Counted from the first letter of the stretch, positions 30,159 through 38,851 are shown. The stretch: DNA of 64,000 nucleotides from an uncultured Actinomycetes bacterium (GCA_963802795.1 CAWDJV010000003.1:128938-192937); one strand, 5' to 3'. Made by a program: numbers and translations. Notes: generated from the sequence alone by a model not told the origin.

Positions 30159-30940
30159 TGACGGCTCGTCAGCTCGTTCTCGATGCGCGCGGTGTACTTC
30201 TCGTATTCGAGCGTGTCGACCGCGAACTGGATGATCCGCTCCTGCCCGTGGAACGGATACTTGCGCCAGACGTCGACGTGGCGATTCTCGATCTCGATCA
30301 GGTTGTAGCAGGGCCTCGTCTTGCCCCGGAGGCGGAGCGACGAGACCGTCCCTGCGTTGACGACGAAGAGGTTCTCGAGCCGCCAGGCATACGGGACGTG
30401 CTTGTGCCCCGAGAGGACGAGGTTGACGCCGCAGTGCTGGAGCACCTCGAGGGCGTCCCCGGCGTCGTAGACGATGTTCCTCTCCCGTCCGGTTCCGGGC
30501 ACCGGGAGGAGATGATGGTGGAGGACGAAGACCCGGAAGTCCGCCGGCGCCGAGAACTGCTCCTCGATCCACCGGTAGTTCCCTCGCCCGATGACGCCGT
30601 GGTCGAGATCGGGCTCGGAGGAGTCGACCGCGACCACCGTGACGCCGCCCTCGTGGACGACGCACGTGCGCTGGCCGAAGAGCTCCTCGAAATGGATGTA
30701 GCCGACGTTGCGCGAGTCGTGGTTTCCCGGCACGACCACGAGCCGATCGCATTCGATGCGGTCGAGGTAGGCCTTCGCCTCGGCATATTCCTGCTGGAAC
30801 CCGAAGGTGGTGAGGTCTCCGGAGCAGACCACCACGTTGGGCTCGAGCTCGTTGATCTCCATGACCGCCCGGTCGGCCAGGTTCGGCACGAAGTACGGAG
30901 AGCCGCAATGAAGGTCGGAGAAGTGAGCGATCCGGAACAT
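30155..30940 (-). CDS. Calcineurin-like metallophosphoesterase
   Basis: 261-aa intact ORF. FSDLHCG, SGDLT, GNHD, LHHHL, GHKH. Its stop overlaps the next ATG (ATGA at 30155-30158). Confidence 0.9.
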   Translation of the reverse strand: MFRIAHFSDLHCGSPYFVPNLADRAVMEINELEPNVVVCSGDLTTFGFQQEYAEAKAYLDRIECDRLVVVPGNHDSRNVGYIHFEELFGQRTCVVHEGGVTVVAVDSSEPDLDHGVIGRGNYRWIEEQFSAPADFRVFVLHHHLLPVPGTGRERNIVYDAGDALEVLQHCGVNLVLSGHKHVPYAWRLENLFVVNAGTVSSLRLRGKTRPCYNLIEIENRHVDVWRKYPFHGQERIIQFAVDTLEYEKYTARIENELTSRQ

Positions 30941-30992
30941 CGAGAGCGTCCGAGCAGAGTTTAGATAGCGTCGCTCGCTTTCAGCTCGCTCC

Positions 30993-31102
30993 CGCGGGGG
31001 AAACCATGTTTCCCCCGCGAGCCCCCTTCTTCGATTCCGTGAGGGAACCTCCCGGTTCCCTCACACACCCTCCACCCGCCCCTGAGCCGCGAGCCGGCTC
31101 AG
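30993..31102. promoter_or_regulatory. Three consecutive perfect hairpins in a divergent intergenic region
   Basis: 30993-31019: 12-bp stem cgcgggggaaac/gtttcccccgcg, loop cat. 31039-31064: 11-bp stem gtgagggaacc/ggttccctcac, loop tccc. 31082-31102: 8-bp stem ctgagccg/cggctcag, loop cgagc. Confidence 0.4.
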
Positions 31103-31139
31103 AGGCGCCGTCCGGCCTTACTGCTACGTTTTCCGAAGA

Positions 31140-31499
31140 ATGCGCCTAGAAAGCGGCGATTTCCAGGCAGATTCCGGGACCATCTTCGCCAACGAGGCCG
31201 AGGTCGAGTGCGCGCGTCTGCTCGACTACTACGGGATCCGCTGGGAGTACGAGCCACACTCGTTCCCGCTCGAGACCGACGTCGACGGGCGCGTGATCGA
31301 GGCGTTCACGCCTGACTTCTTCCTTCCCGACCAGGAGCTCTACCTCGAGGTGACGGTGATGAAGCAGTCGCTCGTGACCCGGAAGAACCGCAAGATCCGG
31401 AAGTTCCGCGAGCGCTATCCCGACATCAAGGTCAAGCTCTTCACACGGCGCGACTTCGAGCGCCTGGATCAGAAATACGGCCTGAACCTCGTTACGTAG
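31140..31499 (+). CDS. Hypothetical protein, possible PD-(D/E)xK-fold
   Basis: 119-aa intact ORF. FTPDFFLPDQELYLEVTVMKQ resembles a D...ExK nuclease core. The function call is a guess. Confidence 0.55.
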   Translation: MRLESGDFQADSGTIFANEAEVECARLLDYYGIRWEYEPHSFPLETDVDGRVIEAFTPDFFLPDQELYLEVTVMKQSLVTRKNRKIRKFRERYPDIKVKLFTRRDFERLDQKYGLNLVT

Positions 31500-31552
31500 A
31501 GAGCGACCGCCCCGGGGACGTCTACCTCTCCCGGGACGAGCTGCGGTCGCGC

Positions 31553-32029
31553 GTGAGCGGGCTGGGCGAGGAGATCGCACGCGACTACGCCGCTCGCGAC
31601 CTCGTGCTCGTCACGGTTCTCAAGGGGGCCTTCCTCTTCGCCGCCGACCTCGCGCGCGCGATCGCAATCCCGCACGCGATGGATTTTCTCGTGCTGGCGG
31701 GCTACGGCGGAGCCCTGGGCGGGCGCACGCGAATCCGGCTCATCAAGGATCTCGACATGCCGATCGCCGGTCGCGACGTTCTCCTCGTCGAGAACGTGGT
31801 CGACACCGGCCTCACCCTCAACTACGTCGTCCGGACGCTCGCCCTCCGCGACCCGCGGGACATCGCCGTCTGCACGCTCCTCGACCGCCCCTACCGGCGC
31901 CTCGTGGACGACCTCCCGATGCGCTACGTCGGGTTCACCGTTCCCGACCAGTTCTTCGTCGGCTACGGCTTCCACCTGAACGAGCGCTTCCGCGGGCTCC
32001 CCGACGTCCACGTCGTCGAGCGCGCCTAA
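31553..32029 (+). CDS. hpt: Hypoxanthine phosphoribosyltransferase (true start unresolved)
   Basis: PRPP motif VLLVENVVDTGLTLNY, VLKGAFLFAADL, FVGYGFHLNERFRGLP. The conserved N-terminal helix (DVYLSRDELRSRV) lies upstream of GTG 31553 in the same open frame, but I found no ATG/GTG/TTG there. Confidence 0.85.
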   Translation: MSGLGEEIARDYAARDLVLVTVLKGAFLFAADLARAIAIPHAMDFLVLAGYGGALGGRTRIRLIKDLDMPIAGRDVLLVENVVDTGLTLNYVVRTLALRDPRDIAVCTLLDRPYRRLVDDLPMRYVGFTVPDQFFVGYGFHLNERFRGLPDVHVVERA

Positions 32030-32044
32030 CAGCGCGGCGTCCTC

Positions 32045-33397
32045 CTACAGGTAGCCCATCGGGTCCACGGCCGACCCGTTGACGCGCACCTCGAAGTGGA
32101 GGTGGTTGCCGGTGCAGCTTCCGGTACAGCCGACGGCGCCGATCACCGTGCCCTGGGAGACGGAGCCGCCGCCCACGGAGATCGACGACTGGTGCCCATA
32201 GGCCGTCGCGACGCCGTTCCCGTGGTCGATGATGACCATGTTGCCGTAGCCGCCCATCACGCCGGCGAAGATGACCGTGCCGGCCGCGGCTGCCCTGATC
32301 GGGGTGCCCGCCGGCGCGGAGATGTCGATGCCCTCGTGCATGCGGCCCCAGCGGAAGCCGAAGCCGCTGGTGACGACCCCGCTCACGGGCCAGATGAACC
32401 CGCTCGCCGACACTCCGCTGCCGGTCGAGCCTTCACCACCACCGCTGCTGCTGCTCTGGCTCTGGGCCGCGGCGGCCGCCGCAGCGCGGGCCTGCGCAGC
32501 GCGGATCTGCGCCGCAATCGAGGCGCTGGCAGCCTGCATCGCGTCCAGGTCCTCCTCTGCCTCGTGCCTCTCCTCACGGACGCCTGCAAGCATGGACTGC
32601 TGCTCGGCCCTGGCGGCGGCCAGGGCGTTTTGCTGGGCGACGAGAGCCTCGCGCGCGGCGATCTGCTCGTTCGTCTTCTGCTCGAGCGCGGCGGTCTCGT
32701 CCGCCACTTTCTCCTTGGTCACCTTCGTCTTGGCCCTCGCGACCCTCATCTCGTCCCGCAGGCGGTGGATCTCGTCGGAGATCGCTCGATCCTGCTCGCC
32801 GATCGATCTGGAGTACTCGAGCTGGTCGAGCAGCGCGCCGAGGCTCTCCACCTGGAGGAGGAGCCCGAAGGAATCGGTCTCCTCGCTCTGGTAGAGCTGG
32901 ACGAGCCGCTGGTCGAGCTGCTGTTGTGCGAGCACGTACTGGCGCTTGAGGTGCTCGAGGTCTTGCGTCTGCTCGTCGAAGCGCGCCTCCAGCTTCGCGA
33001 GTCGCGCACGGATCGCGGCGAGATCGGCTTCGAGCTCGGCGATCAGCGCCGTCAGCGAGTCGATGTCGCCGCTGAGAGAGTCGATGCGCTGGCCGGCCGC
33101 CTCGATCTCGGAGGTCAGCGCTCCCTCCTGCGCCCTCGCGTCCGCGATCTCGCCACGGAGCCCGGACATGCTCCGGTTGAGCTCGTCCTGCCGGTCGTAG
33201 AGCGACTGCGAGAGCGCCGCGGGCACGCCCAGCACGAGGACCGCCCCGAGGACCGGGCCGAGAAGTCGGATGAGGCGAGCGGCAGGCACCTGGGCGATTT
33301 TCGGCGGGCGGGAGGTCGGTCCTGCGCCTCCCGCCGGGTGTCGACTGTCTCGAAGGGGCAGTTTGTAGCACGTCCACCGGTCGGCGTGCTGCGACAA
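32045..33397 (-). CDS. M23-family murein endopeptidase with long coiled-coil (EnvC-like)
   Basis: N-terminal TM/signal segment, ~250 aa of coiled-coil, Ala/Ser-rich linker, then an M23 core (HEGIDISAPAGTPI, GNMVIIDHGNGVATAYGH, HLHFEV). The start could be an internal GTG (VPAARLIRLL). Confidence 0.85.
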   Translation of the reverse strand: MSQHADRWTCYKLPLRDSRHPAGGAGPTSRPPKIAQVPAARLIRLLGPVLGAVLVLGVPAALSQSLYDRQDELNRSMSGLRGEIADARAQEGALTSEIEAAGQRIDSLSGDIDSLTALIAELEADLAAIRARLAKLEARFDEQTQDLEHLKRQYVLAQQQLDQRLVQLYQSEETDSFGLLLQVESLGALLDQLEYSRSIGEQDRAISDEIHRLRDEMRVARAKTKVTKEKVADETAALEQKTNEQIAAREALVAQQNALAAARAEQQSMLAGVREERHEAEEDLDAMQAASASIAAQIRAAQARAAAAAAAQSQSSSSGGGEGSTGSGVSASGFIWPVSGVVTSGFGFRWGRMHEGIDISAPAGTPIRAAAAGTVIFAGVMGGYGNMVIIDHGNGVATAYGHQSSISVGGGSVSQGTVIGAVGCTGSCTGNHLHFEVRVNGSAVDPMGYL

Positions 33398-33422
33398 ATG
33401 CCTGGAAACCGACTCTAAGAGC

Positions 33423-34205
33423 TCAGGATTTCTCGGCTCGAGACGGTCGCCGGCGCCTCGTCTCCGGCGCGGGTGGGTGGACCGGCTCGGCCGGCGGAGT
33501 CTCCGGAGAGGGCTCCGGCGTCGGCTCGGGGAAGGGCTCGGGAACGCGCGCAGGCTCCGGCGGCGCGCCCTCGTCGGGCGGTGGGTACGGCTCGGGAATG
33601 CGGGCCGGCTCCGGCGGCGTCTCGAGCGTGGGCGAGGGAGCCGCCTGCCCGGCGACGGTCCGCACCCGCTCGTCGATCGTCCGCACGAGACCCGCGATCT
33701 CGATCTCCTTGGCCTCGATGCGTGCGGCCACGTCGTCCACGAAAGCGCGCGCCGCGTCGGCGGCGGAGGTGTCCCCGGCGTGCGTCGCGCGGCCGAGCTC
33801 GTGGTAGCCGCGGCTTCGCTCCGCGTTGAGCTCGGCCAGCTCGCGGCGGGCCCTGAAGAGCTCGAGCTGGCCGCGCGAGCGTGCTCTGAGGCGTGCGCGC
33901 TGGGCGGAAAGCCGCGACCAAGCGCCCGTGACGGCGGGTCGGGCCGCGCGTCGGCCCGCCTCCCACCGGACGAAGAAAACGGCTCCGGCGAGGAGGAGGG
34001 TGAGCGTCCCCCAAACCCAGAGCCCCAGTCCCACCAGCAGGGCTCCGGCCGCAGCGAGGACGAGGGCGACGGCGAGCAGCAGATCCGGCGGCCAGAGGCT
34101 CGAAGCCCGCCCGGGCGGGGGGCTCAGAGCGGTTCCGCACTCCATGCAGAAGCGGCTCCCCGCGGGAACGCGCGATCCGCAGCTTGTGCACTCAACCGTG
34201 GACAT
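33423..34205 (-). CDS. Zinc-ribbon membrane protein with Pro/Glu-rich tail
   Basis: 260-aa ORF. CTSCGSRVPAGSRFCMECG, two TM helices, a coiled segment, and a PEP-rich C-terminus. Confidence 0.6.
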   Translation of the reverse strand: MSTVECTSCGSRVPAGSRFCMECGTALSPPPGRASSLWPPDLLLAVALVLAAAGALLVGLGLWVWGTLTLLLAGAVFFVRWEAGRRAARPAVTGAWSRLSAQRARLRARSRGQLELFRARRELAELNAERSRGYHELGRATHAGDTSAADAARAFVDDVAARIEAKEIEIAGLVRTIDERVRTVAGQAAPSPTLETPPEPARIPEPYPPPDEGAPPEPARVPEPFPEPTPEPSPETPPAEPVHPPAPETRRRRPSRAEKS

Positions 34206-34527
34206 CGGCTTTCAGTTCTTCCCTCTTCGGGCCAAGCTCATGCTCGAGAGCCCGCAGCGCTTCCCCGGCCTGCCGACGCAGCGGGGCGACGAGCTCCCGG
34301 TAGTCCTCGTCCGAGACCTTACCCGTGCGGTGGTCGAACTCGAGCTCCTTCAGGGCCGCCAGGGCGCGGTCGCGCTCCTCGAGCAGCCGCCGGCGGGCTT
34401 CCTCCTCCGGCGACGGGACGACGAGACCGTCTCCGCCCCGCCGGGCCGGGCGGAGGAGCGGGCGGGCGACGAACAGCACGCAGAGCACGGTGAGCAGCGC
34501 GGCCAGCGTGAGGGCGAGGGTCTCCAT
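34192..34527 (-). CDS. Small single-TM protein downstream of ccmF (CcmI/CcmH-accessory-like?)
   Basis: 111-aa ORF. N-terminal TM helix, then EERDRALAALKELEFDHRTGKVSDEDYRELV. Lies 6 nt after the ccmF stop. Confidence 0.55.
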   Translation of the reverse strand: METLALTLAALLTVLCVLFVARPLLRPARRGGDGLVVPSPEEEARRRLLEERDRALAALKELEFDHRTGKVSDEDYRELVAPLRRQAGEALRALEHELGPKREELKADVHG

Positions 34528-34533
34528 GACGGA

Positions 34534-36528
34534 CTACGCGCGCGCGAGGGCGCCTTCGTGCGCGAAACGCTCCGCGAGCCGGCGCTGCTCGCGCGCGTCG
34601 GGCCACATCGCGACGACGGAGCCGAGCACGAAGACGAGGCCGGCGAGCCAGATGAGGTTGACGAGGGGATTCACGATCGCCTTCAGGTAGACGGAGCCGT
34701 CCGCATTGAACTGGTCGGCGATGACGAAGAGATCCTCGCCGCGCAGCCAGTCGGTGCGGATTCCCACCTCGTTCGAGGTCTGCTGCTCGGCGAAGTAGCT
34801 GTTCTTGCCGGCCTCCATCGTCCCCACGCGGTCGCCGCCGCGGTCGACGGCGAGCTGCGCGCGCACCTCCTGGGCGTTCGCGCCCCGCTCCGTGACGGAG
34901 CCGCCGTAGGCGACCGTGTAGTCGCCCACGGTCAGCGACTCGCCTGGGTCGAGGCGCGCCTCGCGCGTGGTCGAGAAGCCGCCGATCCCGATCGCCCCCA
35001 CGAGGAGGAGCACGATCGCGGCATGGACGACGTAGCCGCCGTAGCGACGCCGATTCCTGCCCACGAGGCCGGCGAACGCGCCCCACCAGCTGCCCGCGCC
35101 GATCGACTTCCGCGCCCGTGTGCCCCGCACGAACTCGAGCACGATCACACTCATGACGAAGGCGGCCAGCGTGTAGCCGATCAGCCCGGCCGGGCTCGAT
35201 CCCGCACCGGCGAGAAGCAGCCCGGTGCCGGCGACGAGCGCGATTCCGGCCGGCAGGGCGAGCTGGGCGCCCAGGGAGCGGAGCGTGGCGCGGCGCCAGG
35301 CGACGACCGGCCCGATCCCCATGAGGAGCACCAGTGGAAGGCCGAACACGATCGCGAAGAAGTCGTAGTAAGGCGCCCCCACCGAAACGGCGACACCCCG
35401 AACCGCCTCGGAGACGAGCGGGTAGATGACGCCCCAGAGGATCGTGAGTGCCAGGGCGACGAGAAAGAGGTTGTTGTAGAGGAAGGCAGCCTCGCGCGAC
35501 ACGAGCGACTCGAGGCGGGTGCGCGAGCGGAGCACGGAAATCCTCGAGAGCACGAGCGCGATCGAGAACGCGGCCACCACGGCGATGAAGCCGAGGAAGA
35601 AGGGGCCGATCGACGACTGCGTGAAGCTGTGGATCGAGCTGACCACGCCGCTCCGAGTCAGGAACGTGCCGAAGAGCGACAGCGCGAAGGCCCCGGCGAC
35701 GAGGACGACGTTCCAGACGCGGAGCATGTCCTTCTTCTCCTGCACCATCACCGAGTGCAGGAAGGCGGTGGCGACGAGCCACGGCATGAGGGCCGCGTTC
35801 TCGACCGGGTCCCAGGCGTACCAGCCGCCCCAGCCGACCTCTTCGTAGGCCCACTTCGCGCCGAGCAGGACGCCGAAGCCGAGAAACGTCCAGGCCCCCA
35901 GCGTCCAGCGGCGCGTCGCCACGATCCAGCGCTCGTCGGCCCGGCGCGACATGAGCGCCGCCATCGCGAATGCGTACGGGATCGTCAGGCCCACGTAGCC
36001 CAGGTAGAGCATCGGCGGGTGGGCGATCATGTAGGGGTTCTGGAGGCTCGGGTTCATGCCGGCGCCGTCCGCCGGCGCCGCCTGGGTCTCGAAGGGGCTC
36101 GCGACGCCGACGAGCAGGAACGCGAAGAACACGGCCACACCAGCGACGATCGGCACCGTCCAGGGCAGGACCTCGCGAACGAGCCGCCGGTTGAGCGCCA
36201 CGGCCGCCGAGGCCGAGCCGGTGAGCACGAGCAGCCAGAGGAGGAGAGAGCCCGCCTGGCCGCTCCAGAAGGCCGCGAGCGTGTAGCCGATGGGGAGCTC
36301 CCTGCTCGTCGAGCGGGCCACGTACTCGAGGGAGAAGTCGCGGCCGGCGAGCGCAACGAGCAGGACGAGGGCCGCGACGCCCGTGGCGGCGAAGGCGGCG
36401 AAGAGCGCGTTCGTGGCCGAGTCGAGGAGGCGCCGGCGACCCCGGAGCGCCGCATAGCCGCCCACGAGGGCCGCGTAGAGGACGAGGCCGAGGGCTGCGA
36501 GCAGCGCGGCGCGGCCGAGCTCTGGCAT
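34534..36528 (-). CDS. ccmF: Cytochrome c-type biogenesis protein CcmF (heme lyase component)
   Basis: 664-aa intact polytopic ORF with the WWD motif WGGWYAWDPVENAALMPWL. Confidence 0.9.
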   Translation of the reverse strand: MPELGRAALLAALGLVLYAALVGGYAALRGRRRLLDSATNALFAAFAATGVAALVLLVALAGRDFSLEYVARSTSRELPIGYTLAAFWSGQAGSLLLWLLVLTGSASAAVALNRRLVREVLPWTVPIVAGVAVFFAFLLVGVASPFETQAAPADGAGMNPSLQNPYMIAHPPMLYLGYVGLTIPYAFAMAALMSRRADERWIVATRRWTLGAWTFLGFGVLLGAKWAYEEVGWGGWYAWDPVENAALMPWLVATAFLHSVMVQEKKDMLRVWNVVLVAGAFALSLFGTFLTRSGVVSSIHSFTQSSIGPFFLGFIAVVAAFSIALVLSRISVLRSRTRLESLVSREAAFLYNNLFLVALALTILWGVIYPLVSEAVRGVAVSVGAPYYDFFAIVFGLPLVLLMGIGPVVAWRRATLRSLGAQLALPAGIALVAGTGLLLAGAGSSPAGLIGYTLAAFVMSVIVLEFVRGTRARKSIGAGSWWGAFAGLVGRNRRRYGGYVVHAAIVLLLVGAIGIGGFSTTREARLDPGESLTVGDYTVAYGGSVTERGANAQEVRAQLAVDRGGDRVGTMEAGKNSYFAEQQTSNEVGIRTDWLRGEDLFVIADQFNADGSVYLKAIVNPLVNLIWLAGLVFVLGSVVAMWPDAREQRRLAERFAHEGALARA

Positions 36529-36549
36529 CTTAGATCGCCGGGAGGGGCA

Positions 36550-36936
36550 TTAGTCCTCCGGGGCGTACTTCGACGGGCATTTCGTGACGAGCGAGTCCTT
36601 CTTCGCCACGAACGTGCCGTTCTCGAGCTCGCCCTTCACGTAGACCTCCCGTCCGACCTTGAACAGGTCGGGCACGGAGCCCGTGTACACCACCGGGACG
36701 CTGGCGTCCCCCTCGATGTCCCGAAGCGTGAAGGTGAGCCCGGAGCCGCGCGCGTCGCCCTCCACGGGGGCGACGACGATGCCCGCGAGCCCTACCTCGC
36801 CGGTCTGTCCGGCGAGCTCGCTCGGCTGCAGGGAGGCCGTGCCCCCGGCCAGGCTCGTCCAGATCAGGAAGACCGCCAGCACCGCCGCGATCGAGAGCGC
36901 GACCACGAGGCGCACCGGGTTGCGGCGCCTTGCCAC
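36550..36936 (-). CDS. ccmE: Heme chaperone CcmE, CxxxY variant
   Basis: 128-aa intact ORF. N-terminal TM anchor and OB-fold body (LTFTLRDIEGDASVPVVYTGSVPDLFKVGREVYVKGEL). C-terminus FVAKKDSLVTKCPSKYAP, where canonical CcmE has HxxxY. Confidence 0.85.
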   Translation of the reverse strand: MARRRNPVRLVVALSIAAVLAVFLIWTSLAGGTASLQPSELAGQTGEVGLAGIVVAPVEGDARGSGLTFTLRDIEGDASVPVVYTGSVPDLFKVGREVYVKGELENGTFVAKKDSLVTKCPSKYAPED

Positions 36937-36966
36937 GCAATCGAGTCTAGCGGCGGCTCGCCGCGG

Positions 36967-37206
36967 CTACTCGGAGATGTGGGTCGGCTTCCGCTCGGGA
37001 ATGCGGTAGCCGTGGTCGCGACAGAGGCTTCCCGGCGCATCCTCCGTGAGGGCGTCGCAATAGCCCTTTCCGTACGCCGCGCGTATGAACGCGGCGACCA
37101 CGTCGAGGTTCCAGTCGGTGATGCCGCAGGCCTCCGCCCACAGGTCGGCGATGCGGAGGTCGATGTCCAGCTCGAGGAGCTCGATCCGGGAAGGTCGCTT
37201 GGCCAT
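36967..37206 (-). CDS. Hypothetical protein
   Basis: 79-aa ORF (IELLELDIDLRIADLWAEACGITDWNLDVVAAFIRAAYGKGYCDAL). No domain recognised. Confidence 0.45.
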   Translation of the reverse strand: MAKRPSRIELLELDIDLRIADLWAEACGITDWNLDVVAAFIRAAYGKGYCDALTEDAPGSLCRDHGYRIPERKPTHISE

Positions 37207-37249
37207 GGTCTGACCGTAGCCGGTAGATCGGACGGCACGGCCGGTGCGC

Positions 37250-38116
37250 TCAGGAGCGAGAACGAGGGCTCCGCGAGCCTTTCGTCGCGCCCGCCGGTGT
37301 GGAACCGAGCAGGATCGCCTTGATCGCCTGGTGGCTCTGCTCGTCGGGCGATTCCGAGATCACGGTCGCCGGGCGATCGAAGCGCTTCAGGGCCTCCGCG
37401 AGAGGCTCGGCCCGAAGCGTCCCATCGCCGTACGGGAGGTGTTTGGTCTCGTTTCGATTGGCGTAGGCAATTGCCGAGAAGTGGATATGGAACGGCGCGT
37501 CCGGCTCGAGAACGTCGTCGGCCACGGCGAGGACGCCGGCGAAGGAATCGGCGTCGGTGAAGGCGCCGTCGGTGACGGCGTGCAGGTGGGCGAAGTCGAG
37601 CACCGGCCGCACCCACTCGAACCGAGCCGCGAGCCAGAACACGTCCTCGGCGGTCCCGAGCTCGCGCACGCGGCCCATGATCTCGGCTCCGAAGGGGACC
37701 CCGCGGCCTTTCCCCTCGAGCCGCTCGCGCAGCGCCGAGAGATCCTCCGCGACCGCCTCGAGGGCGGCCTCCCGGGCCCGCCCGAGCAGGAAGCCCGGGT
37801 GGACGACGACGAGCTCGGCACCGCAGGCCACCGCCACGCCCGCGGAGTGGTCGAGCATGCCGAAAGCGCGCTTTCGCTTCTGGTCGTCGCCCTCGAGGTG
37901 GCCGGGGAACGCCGGGATCGGAGCGTGCACCGAGAGCGCGATGCCCGCCGCGCTCGCGAGCTCGCCGAAGCGCTCCGCCCACGGATAGTCCATCCAGAAG
38001 CCGCCCTCGAAGTCGATCTCGCACGCCGTGTAGCCGCGCTCGACCAGCAAGTCGATCGCAGCCTCCGGGCTCTCCCGGCTCGGAACCCGAGCCACTCCGA
38101 AGCGCGTGGCGGCCAC
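37250..38116 (-). CDS. Xylose-isomerase-like TIM-barrel (sugar phosphate isomerase/epimerase or endonuclease IV-like) protein
   Basis: 288-aa intact ORF. Pattern of metal-ligand-like H/E/D residues (SVHAP, VVVHPG, FGAEIMG, LDFAHLH, HIHFS). Confidence 0.7.
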   Translation of the reverse strand: MAATRFGVARVPSRESPEAAIDLLVERGYTACEIDFEGGFWMDYPWAERFGELASAAGIALSVHAPIPAFPGHLEGDDQKRKRAFGMLDHSAGVAVACGAELVVVHPGFLLGRAREAALEAVAEDLSALRERLEGKGRGVPFGAEIMGRVRELGTAEDVFWLAARFEWVRPVLDFAHLHAVTDGAFTDADSFAGVLAVADDVLEPDAPFHIHFSAIAYANRNETKHLPYGDGTLRAEPLAEALKRFDRPATVISESPDEQSHQAIKAILLGSTPAGATKGSRSPRSRS

Positions 38117-38213
38117 GTCGTGAAGCGTATGTCCCCGACCGCTGACCTAGGTAACCGGCCGCAGACTGGCGATTGGGTCAGCCGTTCGCCCGGACGAACT
38201 GCCCGCCGCGTAG

Positions 38214-38606
38214 CTACTCCGGAACGAGCCGCAGGCCGGGACCTTCGGTGATCGTGACCGTCCGCTCGTCGCCGGGGCGGCGCCACGTCTCGCCGAGCTT
38301 CTCGCCGAGAGTTGCCTCGAGCTGCCCGGTCAGCGCCAGCTCCTGGACGATGTCGGCCCCGCCGATCAGCTCGCCGGCGACGAAGACCTGCGGGATGGTC
38401 GGCCAGTCGGAGAGCGCGCTGAGCTCCTGGCGGATCCGTGGGTCCGGAAGCACGTCCACGGCAGCGAAGCCGGCGCCGACGGAACGGAGCGCCTGAAGCG
38501 CCCGGTCCGAGTTTCCGCAGTAGACCTGCTCGTGGGTCCCCTTGATGAAGGCCACGACCGGCTCCTGCTCGATCGTCTCCCTGATGCGCTCGCGGAGGTC
38601 GCTCAT
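38214..38606 (-). CDS. Monothiol glutaredoxin (Grx4-type) with CGNS active site
   Basis: VVAFIKGTHEQVYCGNSDRA...WPTIPQVFVAGELIGGADIV. The ATG overlaps the bolA stop (ATGA at 38603-38606). Confidence 0.85.
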   Translation of the reverse strand: MSDLRERIRETIEQEPVVAFIKGTHEQVYCGNSDRALQALRSVGAGFAAVDVLPDPRIRQELSALSDWPTIPQVFVAGELIGGADIVQELALTGQLEATLGEKLGETWRRPGDERTVTITEGPGLRLVPE

Positions 38607-38851
38607 CCTTCTCCCCTCGTCGTTATTCGAAGCTCGTGGATCGTTCCGTCGCCGAGCGGGACCGCCAACGCCTCGTAGACGAGGCGGTGGGCGGCGACGA
38701 GCGAGAGGCCCCCGAAGCTCCGGTCGACGACGGTGACGTGGAAGTGGTCACCACCGCCCGTGCGATCGACGACCGCTACCTGACGCGCATCCGGAAACGC
38801 CACGCGGAGGAGCTCTTCGAGTTGTTCGCTCATCCCATCCGACGATACCAC
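38603..38851 (-). CDS. BolA-family protein
   Basis: 82-aa ORF. GGGDHFHVTVVDRSFGGLSLVAAHRLVYEAL...IHELRITT. Confidence 0.8.
   Translation of the reverse strand: MVSSDGMSEQLEELLRVAFPDARQVAVVDRTGGGDHFHVTVVDRSFGGLSLVAAHRLVYEALAVPLGDGTIHELRITTRGEG

Noticed and set aside
27945-30908. 987-aa - strand ORF read as one protein
   Set aside because: It is a composite. Real genes in this frame are only the 2PGK (27945-28868) and the N-terminal part of the cDPG-synthetase-like gene. The rest is out-of-frame reading of the phosphoesterase gene and the synthetase C-terminal part.
33826-37323. 1165-aa + strand ORF
   Set aside because: Antisense to ccmF, ccmE and neighbouring genes. The composition is Arg/Glu/Asp/Gly low complexity and no domain is recognisable.
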